DNA of 64,000 bases. It comes from Octopus sinensis. Lineage: Eukaryota. Made by a program: the position numbers and the translations under genes. Shown here piece after piece: positions 26,356 through 37,739 of this stretch (positions are counted from its first letter, which is position 1; every line of letters begins with the position of its first letter). Location: the NCBI RefSeq assembly GCF_006345805.1, contig NC_043004.1:38254001-38318000 (forward strand). Reading direction: 5' to 3'. The notes under the pieces were generated by a model that saw only the letters and a list, made by a program, of their open reading frames with translations, ran no database searches and was not told the DNA's origin.

Positions 26356-27721
26356 CATGACTGGTATGTTTAAGACTGTGTAACAATCAATAACCTTTAC
26401 CCTTGGTTGAATACATTTAAATTATTTTGCTAAGTTATTAGATAAAAATAAACTGCCATTCCGAAAAAAAAATAATTGTAATAAGCTTTCTTGTTATGTG
26501 ATATACTTTTGGCAATGTTAATACACAAAGGGGCCACAACCAGTAAATAATAATAAAAAAAAATATCATTCATATAAATAATTAACCGAATAATCGGTAC
26601 AATAAATATATAAATAAATCTTTAAATGAACAACATAAATTAATAACAGGGTTAATATAAAGATCTTCACCTGTTAACAAAAACAAAAAAAAACCCAGCC
26701 TGCTGGGTGTTAACAACTGTGTAGAAAACGAATATGACAAAAAAAAAAAATTGCGCAAAAGAACCTGGGTGTGAGGAGAGGATTTTCGGAAAATTCCCAA
26801 TATCCGATTTTTCTGTCATAACTTTCGGGAAAATGGATATATATTGATTTTTGTTTACAGAATCCCACGTTTTTGGTTATGGAGGATCCGATTCTGAAAC
26901 AAAAAATTTCAAAAATCACATTTTCAAAACTTCAATTCCACCCCCACCCCCTTTTCATTTTTCACTTTTTCTGGATGTTTTTTGTTTTTTTCCGAAATAC
27001 GTAGAAAAATACGAAGATTAGGATTTTGTAAAAAGATGTTTTTAAAATTTCAATTTTTCAACAACAACAATATATATATATATATATAAGAAGAAATGAG
27101 GCACTCAGAAATTTGGATGGTTTTATATTTACAGATATTTATTTGTATATTACATGTTTTTATACATCATATAACTTAGATCATGATGTATAAAAACATG
27201 TAATATACAAATAAATATCTGTAAATATAAAACCATCCAAATTTCAGAGTACCTCATTTCTTCTAATATAAAATACCTGTACATCACCTCCAAACCTTCC
27301 AATATATATATATATATGCATATACACCCCCAACACCTTTTCTCCCTATTCTACGACCTTGGCCTTCAAGCAGGCTATCCACATGCTAGAAATAACAGCT
27401 AAATCTCATAAAACTGCAATAACATAATGTACATCTATTAGACTTTTTTTTTCATTTTAGTGACCGGGCGTTGCTGAGATCCTTTTACTGTTTCACTATA
27501 ACGCATGCAGAAACAGACAAAACAACCGTTGATTTTCACTTTTAGACAGTGGGGAGGGAAGGGGGGAATTTTGGTCGAAGTTTTTCATTAAAAAAAAAAT
27601 TTGAAATTAAAATTTGAATTTGTGTTTATTTTTTCCATTTTCTTAATCTCCATATTTTCCCACGTAGATTGACTAAAAAAAAAAAATCGAAAAAGTTTTT
27701 TAAAAAATAAATAAAATAAAT

Positions 27722-28130
27722 AGGCGCAGGAGTGGCTGGTTGGTAAGTAGCTTGCTAACCAACCACATGGTTCCGGGTTCAGTCCCACTGCGTGGCATCT
27801 TGGGCAGGTGTCTTCTGCTATAGCCCCGGGCCAACCAATGCCTTGTGAGTGGATTTGGTAGACGGAAACTGAAAGAAGCCTGTCGTATATATGTATATAT
27901 ATATATGCGTGTGTGTGTGTTTGTGTGTCTGTGTTTGTCCCCCTAGCATTGCTTGACAACCGATGCTGGTGTGTTTATGTCCCCGTTACTTAGCGGTTCG
28001 GCAAAAGAGACCGCTAGAATAAGTACTGGGCTTACAAAAGAATAAGTCCTGGGGTCGAGTTGCTCGATTAAAGGCGGTGCTCCAGCATGGCCACAGTCAA
28101 AATGACTGAAACAAGTAAAAGAGTAAAGAG
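27722..28130 (+). mobile_element. OK-like SINE, full length, CpG-intact
   Basis: AGGCGCAGGAGTGGCTGG...GGTTCCGGGTTCAGTCCC head, GGTGCTCCAGCATGGCC block, (GTAAAAGA)n tail. Confidence 0.85.
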
Positions 28131-30521
28131 TAAAGAGTAAATAAAATAAATAAATAAAACTTTTATTTCACGTGAATTTGCCATATTAATGCGGGAAATT
28201 ACTCTGAAAGAAATATTTGCAGAAAGGTGAGTAGATTGATTACATGTTTCTTTCATTATGTTATCGCAGTTTTGTGAGATTTGGCTGTTATTTCTAACAT
28301 GTGGATAGCCTGCTTGAAGGCCCTGGAGAATTGAAATTTTGAAAATGCGACTTTTGAAATCTTTTTTTCAGAACCGGATCCTCCATAACCAAAAATGTGG
28401 GATTCCGTAAGAAAAAAAAAAAAAAATCAATATATATCCATTTTCCCGAAAGTTATGACGGAAAAATCGGATCTTGTGAATTTTCCGAATATCCGCACCC
28501 ACCCCCCAGGTTCGTTTGCGCAATTTTTTTGTCATATTCGTCTTCTACACAGTTGTTAACACCCAACAGGCTTTTTTTTTGGTTTTTGTTAACGAGTAAA
28601 GATCTTTATATTAACCAAGTCACTATAGTAGAAATCTCTCTCTATATATATAAGTTGTCTGTGTATGGCAGGTTTGGTAGCCTTCAACTAACACTATCTC
28701 CCCCGAGACCCTGCGGCGCAAGTTGACCAAAATTGAGAGTATGATAGAAGAAGGCTTGCTCTTCCTTCCGTAGAAGAAAAAATTCAAATCGGACCATGTT
28801 AACACCAAAAATTATTTACATCAAAAAGGTGCTTTTTTTCTATGAAAATCCCTATTTTTTACGAATTTTTTACTGCTGTGTATTTCAACCAGAAAAATGT
28901 TCCCCCAAAGCTACATAATGCAAAATTTTTACTTTTCAAAAATTCCAATCCTAAAGGGTCGAAACAAACCCAAGCAATAGTAATAATAATAAAATTGGTA
29001 ATATTTGTAAAGCACCAATGGAAGTTATCGCCCTTAGATGTCAGGCCAAACAAATCGACCTCGCACATGCTAGAAAATTGATGTTTTCCTAATATTAATT
29101 CCTTCTGCAAGATTTCGGAATTGATTTTCCTTCCAGTTTTAAACGATAAAATATTATCATTCTTTTCTGTCATGTAAGTTGCTACTTTATGAATTATTAA
29201 CTTTTGCTTTTATGAAGAAGTTCCCGTTAATATTACGAGGAAGTAAATATTACGGATGATCGGGAGAGGTACACCTGGAATTTAATGAATGGCATAAGTC
29301 GTGGTTCCCACTTTTAAATGCCCAAAGTGTTGCAGTTGCATAGCACCCAAGTCAGCCCTGAGCAAGTAATACTGTCATTCTATCTTTCTTTTTCCGTCCT
29401 TGTATATCATAAGTGACCTTCGTCATTATTAGTGACGTCGTTATTTAACCTTGAGTCAACAACGAAAGAGGAGACGACATATTCAAATACAACCGTAATC
29501 ATATATATTGTTTTCCCTTTCAGAATCTATATTTTAGTGTATGTTGGGGACAATCTTCTTATGGATTATTATGTTTGTTATTTCTAGCAAGTCTAACGAG
29601 CTACATAGAGGCTTCCTCTTTGGCTTGTGTACATGGTTCTTGTTGAGATGATAGGATGCCGGAGATATGGCTGCTGTTTCTAGCAGGTCTAATCAACAGA
29701 TAGATCCTTCAACGGTGATTGCATTCCAACATAGGGTTTAATTTAGATTTGGTGTGGTTATCGAAAAATACTGCGAGTTATTCTATTCACCATTTGAACG
29801 ACTCTATCAATTTCGCCCTACACACGTGTATGTGCGTGTGTGTTTGTGTTCATTAATCAACATTCATTGCCCCGATATTGTTTACGTGTTTGTCTAAACC
29901 GAATGGGAAGTGATAGAATTCCAAGTATGGTGTCATAGTAGCGTGTGTTCTGAATGTATCTGTTTGTTGAGCAATGATTGTGTATTGTTGTAGCTATTAC
30001 ATATACCTCTCATTCACACGCTGCGCTCGTCTGTCAGTTTATATAAATTACTCTAGAACTAATAGTAATAATAAATAATAATAAATATATGAATAGTCTG
30101 GCTGTACAATGAAGCCCACGAAGACCTTTTCGGTCAACCTAAAGGGTCTGACCCGGTCATAAATACAAAAAAAAAAAAATAGTGTAATAGTTGTAAAACA
30201 ACTTGCTCTAAACGAATATGACAAATAAAAAAAATGCGCGCTCACGAAGTGGGGTGGGGCAAAGGACTCGGAAAATTCACATCTTCAGTCCATGGCCTTT
30301 AAACTATAGTGTTTGACCCGGGCCGGAAAAAATAAATAGTATAATTGGTGTAAAACTACTTGTTCTAAATGATTTTCAAGAACACACACACACAAAGAGA
30401 AATGGTTCGTTCAAGGCAAATGTGCATTGAACTGAATTTAAATAAGCAAGAAAGATATTATCAAAGAAAAGGCCATAGCACCATCTTTTGTATCTGTTGT
30501 TGTTGTTATTATTATTATTAT

Positions 30522-30730
30522 GGCAGAAACGTTAGCACGCCGGGCTAAATGCGAAGCCGTATTTCGTCTGCCGTTACGTTCTGGGTTCAAATACCGCCGA
30601 GGTCGACTTTGCCTTTCATCCTTTCGGGGTCTATAAATTAAGTACCAGTTATGCACTGGGGTCGATATAATCGACTTAATCCGTTTGTCTGTCCCCTCTG
30701 TGTGTAGCCCCTTGTGGGTAGTAAAGAAAT
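30522..30730 (+). mobile_element. SINE of the TGGCAGAAACGTTAGCACGCCGGGC family
   Basis: Conserved core GTCGACTTTGCCTTTCATCCTTTCGGGG..ATAAATTAAGTACCAG. Related copies at about 325-625, 1081-1380, 21600-21730, 25830-25960, 39715-39920, 49050-49230 and 61085-61278. Confidence 0.75.
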
Positions 30731-31142
30731 AGTTATTATTATTATTATTATTATGGTGTTGAATGTGTTTGTGTGTGTGTGGTGAAGTTATTAATATCAA
30801 TATCAATACATTAGCCAACACCATTGAAGTGAAATAATAGTTTCTATACTTTTGGTTTGGCACTGCTGAATTGAGTCAAAGACTATATACAATACAAGTC
30901 AGCAGAAAAAAAAAACAAAAGAAAAATGCGATATCCATAACAGTAAAGAAATAAGACTTCCCCCAAACAGTAACCCTTGTGTTTAAAATCTCCCTGACAA
31001 AAAGAAGAGAAGTTGTTTTGCTATGGACTACATTGATCGCTTCATTTTGTGGTTTAGCCAAAAAGTTTGCTCAAATCAAGTAAACTTATGAACCAAAGGT
31101 AGCCTAGCCATGACCATCTCAATGATTCTCTTTCTTTTTGTC

Positions 31143-31498
31143 AGGCATGGCTGTGTGGTTAAGATGGTTTCAAGTTCAGTTCCACTGCATGGCACTTTGG
31201 GCAAGTGCCTTCTACTCTACCTGACTCCAGACTGACCAGTGCCCAGTGAGAGAATTTGGTAGATAGAAACTGTGGAAGTCTGTTGTATGTGTGTGTGTGT
31301 CTTTGTACCCCACCATCACTACTTGACAACTGGCATTGGTTTGTTTACATCCCTGTAACTAAGCAGTTCAGCAAAAAAGTCCAACAGAATAAGTACCAGA
31401 GTTTAAAAAAATAAGCATTGGGGTTGATTTGTTTGAGTAAAATCCTTTAAGGCTAAGCCCTAGCATGGCTGCAGTCCAATGACTGAAACAAGTGGAAG
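31143..31498 (+). mobile_element. OK-like SINE, CpG-decayed
   Basis: Colinear with 27722-28130, but most CpGs are replaced by TG/CA. Confidence 0.75.
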
Positions 31499-32283
31499 AG
31501 AGTGGTGTACCAAAGATTATACCATTCAATGTGTTCTAATGCTCCTCTTGAGTCATTGCAAGTGAACATGTGCAATAAAGACATGAGTAGAGAAGAAGCT
31601 CCAAAGTGATACCATTCAGGGAAGGATTGAGCAGAATTTTTAGAGAAGAGAGACAAGGGTAAGAGATGCCTGGTTGAGATGGTGCAAACCTCAGCCAGGT
31701 CTGAAGATAATAAGTTGTAATTTTGTTGTTTATACCTAAAACATGGACTGCTTGTTTATACCCAAGAATTGGACTTGCTATTTGTACTCAAGAAATGTGC
31801 AACATTATTATGCTATTTCTATAATATAATAATTTAAATGTATGTTAAAGAGAATTTAATAACACAAACTGTCTGCATAAAGAATTAAAAAAATGAAAAA
31901 GTGTGGCAAGTTTTGTAAATAGGGGAAGGGTAAGGTTGAATATTTAAAAGAATTTGCAGAGTGTAAGATGTTTGTAAGCAATTCCAGAACAACAAAAGCC
32001 GTTACTTTTACTGCAAGATTTAAATTTCGTTTGTGTCTAAATATTTTTGGTCTTTGAAACCATGGCAAACCCCTGACAAAAACTTGTGCTGCATCTATTT
32101 TGTCAGTGAACAAGTCTCGGTTTCAAAGTGACAAAAATATCGACATTGCAATGAGATTTAAATGTTGCAGTGAACCAACCATTTCTCTTTGTGTATGTGT
32201 GTGTTCTTGATAATCGTTTAGAACAATTAGTTTTACACCAATTACACTATTTTTTCTGGCCCGGGTCAAACACTATAGTTTGA

Positions 32284-32506
32284 CCCTTTAGTGTTCAGAT
32301 TACTCTGTTAAATGTAATGCTTTTTTTTTTATTAAAATTGTTTTTATTTAATCCTGCATTATCTTATAGCTTTTGAGGTTTCAGTGATGTGATTGTTTAT
32401 TTTTAGAATGCCAATGTAGATGAGGTGTGAGAGGCCAGATATCGCCGGTTTGAATATAAAAAATAGAATATTTGGGCCAGATATGGCCGGTTTAAACACT
32501 AAAGGG
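32284..32506 (+). mobile_element. piggyBac-type MITE inserted in an inverted-repeat arm
   Basis: TTGA|CCCTTTAGTGTT ... AACACTAAAGGG|TTAA. The uninterrupted TTAA empty site is visible in the partner arm at about 30298-30303. Confidence 0.85.
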
Positions 32507-33174
32507 TTAAAGGCCATGGACTGAAGATGTGAATTTTCCGAGTCCTCTCCCCCACCCCTCTTTCACGAGCTCGTATTTTTTTGTCATATTCATTTGGAGC
32601 AAGTTGTTTTACAGTCAGACGCTTTTGGAAATTCACGATGTGAATTTTCCGAGTCTTCTCCCCCACCCCTCTTTCGTGAGCACGCATTTTTTTTGTCATA
32701 TTCGTTTAGAGCAAGTTGTTTTACACCTATTACACTATTTTTTTTTTTTATGACCGGGTCAGACCCTTTAGTTCAACTTCCTATTCTAACAGTTGTTATG
32801 AGGATCAAACTGACCAATTTGTTTTCGATCCTTATCTCAATCTACCAAAAATGCAGTCGTGGGTTTAATTATACTGCAAGACCAAATGTAGTTATGTGTT
32901 AGTATATTTATCCATAACCCCCACTAGTGAAGATTTGTCGACTGTCTGTCAACTGCATCCCATTAGTACTGTTCATCTACAATTTGGCGAAGTGAGATGA
33001 GCACATCTTGACGAATTGTTGGATAACGACACTAGTAGGTTTGAATACCATCGTAGCGGCTGAAAAATGTCTCGTGGGGGACCAAATTTAATTACGAAAC
33101 ATATCATTGTAGAGCTGATCTGCGGATGTGGCATGCAGCGCTTGATGATGTAAAGTGTCATTCTTGTTTAGATT

Positions 33175-33688
33175 TTATTTACGTTTGTTGTTAACACAAC
33201 GTTTTGGCTGATATACTCATCAGCCTTCATCAGGTATCTTGTGGAAATTCGAACCTGGGTTCTCATTCCTTAGGTATTGTTATTCTTCTTCTTCTTCTTC
33301 TTCTTCTTTCTTCTTCTTTCTTCTTCTTTTCTTCTTCTCTTCTTCTTCTTCTTCTTCTTCTTCTTCTTCTTCTTCTTCTTCTTCTTTTCTCTTCTTCTTC
33401 TTCTTCTTCTTCTTTTCTTCTTCTTCTTCTTCTTCTTCTTTCTTCTTTCTTCTTCTTCTTCTTCTTCTTCTTCTTCTTCTTCTTCTTCTTCTTCTTCATT
33501 CTTCTTCTTCTTCTTCTTCTTCTTTTCTTCTTCTTCTTCTTCTCTTCTTCTTCTTCTTTCTTCTTCTTCTTCTTCTTCTTCTTATTATTATTATTATTAT
33601 TATTATATTCAGGTCACTGCCTGGAATCGAACTCGGAATCTTGGGGTTAGTAGCCGCACTCTTAACAGTTATGCCATATGCCCGTGGG
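33175..33688 (-). mobile_element. tRNA-headed short element with (AAT)n(AAG)n linker and PLE-type hammerhead tail, copy A
   Basis: Head CCCACGGGCATATGGC...GAGTTCGATTCCAGG. About 320 bp of (AAT)/(AAG) repeats, then AATACCTAAGGAATGAGAACCCAGG..CTGATGAAGGCTG..CAGCC(A)AAACGTTGTGTT. Confidence 0.75.
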
Positions 33689-33714
33689 CTTATTTTTTTA
33701 ATGATGTAATTGTC

Positions 33715-34548
33715 ACTCTGTAGTCTTTTGATAGTGAACTTTTCTTCCTTAGTGATGTTTGGTTTGGGAAGTTTCGCTTTTTCCAGTACCTGTGTCACTT
33801 TCCACCTTAGTTCATCTCCTGAGCTTTTGGTATCTCTTCAATAGGAGCTATTATGTCCAAGTATGGAAGGCGCTTGATGGTTGTCGCAAAGTTGAGACCT
33901 TTGTTCAGTCCTGCTTCTCCAGAGCTTTCTAGATGTCGGCTACTTACATTAATTACTGCTTTCACAGTTGGGTGACGGACTTCAGTCTTCATTCTCAGAC
34001 CTTTGAGTTTCATAAATTTCTTAATCTGGCGTGTCTTCACCATTTCAAATTCTTTCATGTATGACTTTTCTAGATCTTGTTGGATTCTCTTTCTATCATC
34101 ATCTCTGGTTATTTTCCTAAGTAATGAAGATAACCTCTCTTTGATTTCGTATTTAGTTGATGTTTTTTTTCAATGGTTATAATAGATCCTCTCATGGACG
34201 CGGACATATCCTGTCCTTTCCGCTACTCTTTTAGCTTTTTTGAATCCACTGGTGTCATTATATTCAAGCCAGGTGGTATCAGCTTTGAGTCTCTACATCT
34301 TCACAGGAAAGATGGTTTGAAAGATGAGCTAGTTTTTGATGAAGTCTAATGTTGGCTCCATACCGATTAGATAATACAGTTCTATATTTCAGAGATGAGG
34401 AATTATGTACATTATTTACATTTGATGGATATTTGTCCTCATCTTGTTTGTTAACACAATGTTTCGGCTGATATACCCTCCAGCTTTCATCAGGTGTCTT
34501 GGGGAAATTTCGAACTTGGGTTCTCATTCCTCAGGTATTGTTTAGATT
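33715..34548 (-). mobile_element. Penelope-like element (PLE): terminal repeat plus N-terminal ORF fragment
   Basis: Minus strand reads pLTR (34548-34380), then LSNHL..RC..K.IPPG-like, VINVSSRHLE...LNKGLNFATT and KPNITKEEKFTIKRLQSD. These are typical PLE N-terminal motifs ahead of the RT. Confidence 0.75.
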
Positions 34549-34834
34549 TGTTGGGAGCCCTTATGTTGCCAGTGATTTCATACCATTTATTCTGCTCAAA
34601 ATTCATGTTTATATTCTGTATAGTGGATAACTGGCTTTTGATGCAAAACTCCGTGGATTTTAAAAGTATTGCGATATTCATAATTACCAAAATAGAAAAA
34701 AAGGCAGAAAATAACCAGCAAATATTTTTGATATCAGTTGAATAAATTTTATATTACATTGATGTTCTTCGGTATGTACTTAAACGGGAGACATCTCTAC
34801 TTTAAATATTTCAATTTCATTTCAACGTTTCAAT

Positions 34835-35590
34835 CATCATCATCATCATCATCATTTAGCGTCCGTTTTCCATGCTAGCATGGGTTGGACGGTTCAACTG
34901 GGGTCTGTGAAGCTGGAAGGCTTCATCAGGCCCAGTCAGATCTGACAGTGTTTCTACGGCTGGATGCCCTTCCTAATGCCAACCACTCTGTGAGTGTAGT
35001 GGGTGCTTTTTACGTGCCACCCGCACAGGTGCCAGACAGAGCTGGCAAACGGCCACGAACGGATGGTGCTTTTACGTGTCACCGGCACGGGGGCCAGACA
35101 GAGCTGGCAAACGGCCACGAACGGATGGTGCTTTTACGTGCCACCGACATGGGGGCCAGACAGAGCTGGCAAACGGCCACGAACGGATGGTGCTTTTACG
35201 TGTCACCGGCACGGGGGCCAGGCGAGGCTGGCAACGGACACGAACGGATGGTGCTTTTACGTGCCACCGACACGGGGGCCAGACAGAGCTGGCAAATGGC
35301 CACGAACGGATGGTGCTTTTACGTGTCACCGGCACGGGGGCCAGACAGAGCTGGCAAACGGCCACGAACGGATGGTGCTTTTACGTGTCACCGGCACGGG
35401 GGCCAGGCGAGGCTGGCAATGGACACGAACAGATGGTGCTTTTACGTGCCACCGACACGGGGGCCAGACAGAGCTGGCAAACGGCCACGAACGGATGGTG
35501 CTTTTACGTGTCTCCGGCACGGGGGCCAGGCGAGGCTGGCAACGGACACGAACGGATGGTGCTTTTACGTGCCATCAACACGGGGGTCAT
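34835..35590 (-). mobile_element. RTE-type 3' tail element, (GAT)n-terminated, with expanded internal minisatellite
   Basis: (CAT)n followed by TTAGCGTCCGTTTTCCATGCTAGCATGGGTTGGACGG. The same body occurs at 42748-42990, 44238-44290 and 46301-46735. Confidence 0.7.
35002..35587. repeat. GC-rich minisatellite, about 9.5 units of about 61 bp
   Basis: Unit GGTGCTTTTACGTG(T/C)CACCG(G/A)CACGGGGGCCAG(ACAGAGCTGGCAAACGGCC/GCGAGGCTGGCAACGGAC)ACGAACGGAT. Confidence 0.95.
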
Positions 35591-35656
35591 ATCTATATGA
35601 ACTTGCCTCATCTCTCTTTTTCTGCTTGTCTCTTACCCTCTTGCTTTCTAGCAGTC

Positions 35657-35937
35657 ACTGGCATAACTTTGATATAACTCGACAAAATCAAAACATTTCG
35701 CTTCGGCTATTTCCGTGGGTTGTGGAGTATAGACATGACGAAATTATGCCAGCAATGTCTCATTTTAAACTTGAAGGAAAAAAAGCCTTGCATATTTGTT
35801 CTTACCTGTTACATTTGTGTATGTAAAATCTGAACATTTCCAAACAGAAAACAGAATCGAACTGTCACTTGCTTCCACGGAAATACCCAAAGTGAAATGT
35901 TTTGATTTTGTCGAGTTATATCGAAAGAATGCCCAGT
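35657..35937. repeat. MITE-like element with about 62-bp imperfect terminal inverted repeats
   Basis: ACTGGCATAACTTTGATATAACTCGACAAAATCAAAACATTTCGCTTCGGCTATTTCCGTGG (35657-35718) versus its reverse complement at 35875-35937. No clear TSD. Confidence 0.7.
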
Positions 35938-36390
35938 CACCATCTCTCTCGCTAACTGTCTGTCTGTCTGTCTCTCTCGTCTTTCCTCCAAAAGAGCCAT
36001 TGTAGAAACTGCAGTGCTCAAATCCTTTCTCTCCATGTTTATACAACTCACACCTACGATAGTAAGCTTATTATTATGGCCATTCCACCCATCACGATCC
36101 TATCTTTTATTAACCTATCACTATAAAAAATGTTTAATTTTCACCACTGAGTTTGCATTTATAACATTCACCAAATAAGATGGAGAATTGTTTACTTTAT
36201 AAAGTTTAACAATTAATATCTACAGTTTTAATCAGGCATTCATTCACTACTTTGCCTACCTTTACTATTAGTTATGCTTGGCAAACATTGATACATAGCT
36301 AAACATGGTTACGTGCAAATATGTAGATACACACACTCATTCACTGTCTCTGTCTGTCTATCTTTCTCTCTCTCTCTCTGTCTCTGTCTT

Positions 36391-36432
<42 letters not shown>

Positions 36433-37739
36433 TTTCACTGTTGCTGAGCCAATCAAACATTTTTTAAAATCATTTTGTGTGTGAGAATCAGATTAAGATA
36501 TTACAAAAGATGAAACAAAATAAATCACTTAATTACCGGAAAGATTACTTTTAGCGTACATTCACTCATATTTATTCATTAATTACAGGATGTCAGTTAA
36601 CAAATAAGATTTGGCTGAGAATTAATCAATTAGGTACACCTTATGCAATTTGTTGCCCATCCCTAGTCACATATATTCAAATAAAGAAGCCATTGCAGGT
36701 CTCCTGACTTGCTAGAAATAGTAGAAAAATTCCTTTCAAATTGCATCTTACCATTAAAAAAAACTATGAAAATCATTTCTGCAAGTTGTTTAAGAAGAAA
36801 TTGCAGAACTGTCTTTCTAGGACTTGAGAGACGACCATTAATTATACATGTGTGTATACATATATACATATATATTATATTGGGGTAGGCCAGTTTATGG
36901 GGTTGCCTTGGGTTTCTCGCTCATAAGGGGTTTAGCCTTATGACGTATCTTCAGACCCCTGCCTGAATCCTTATTTTACTATATACATACATTCATACAT
37001 GCATACATATTTTAAATAGTAGCTACGTTAAGTGATCCTAGTGAAAATTTGCTTTTTTTTCCCCCCTTTTGGTTTTGTTTGGATATTTTATATGGCCTTA
37101 TAAATTTAGTATGGGACACCCATGTTGCATTTTTCGTTGTGCGACTTCTGTTGGCTGTTTTAACCTCAGCAAGAGGGCACTACTTACTCTCTCTGTGATT
37201 TAGCTTCATTAAGGTTCTACCTCATTTCGTGATTCTAGTTATATGGATATAAAGAAGAAATATTCAGATAAGCAACTTTGTTTTTCTTTCCTAGTTTTAC
37301 TTCTCACCTCACTTCATATCATTCATATTATTTATAAAACCTTGTTTATTTCCTTGCTATATGTTAAACAGTAAAGTTAAGTAATCCTTATGTTCAATTA
37401 AGCAATTCAGTTTTTCCTTCCTAGCCTTAATTCTCAAAAATTTCATCTCAATCACATTATGTCTAAAATCTTTGTTTCCATGCTATATATTAAATAGTAG
37501 CTATGTTAAGCAATCCTACTGAAAATATGCTTCCCCCCTCCTCCCTTTGTTTGGATATTTTATATGGCCTTAGATCTTTGGCTTGGGGCAGCCATGCTGC
37601 TTGGTTGTTTGCGGTGCGCCTGCTTAACCCTTCCTCTCACCTATACCAGAAGTCTTTCTCGTAGCACCTCTACTGGAACCTTTACTGAATGCTGTCTCTC
37701 TCCTACATCTTTCCTAGTGGTCTGTCTCCATGTAAATGT

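Noticed and set aside
33204-33798. Poly-K/R/E, poly-S and poly-F/L ORFs
   Set aside because: Translations of a (TTC)n/(TTA)n microsatellite that forms the linker of the tRNA-headed element.
35002-35587. Regularly spaced repeats resembling a CRISPR array, and the 313/224-aa ORFs across them
   Set aside because: The units are wholly repetitive with no unique spacers, there are no cas genes, and the context is eukaryotic. The ORFs are read-through of a minisatellite.
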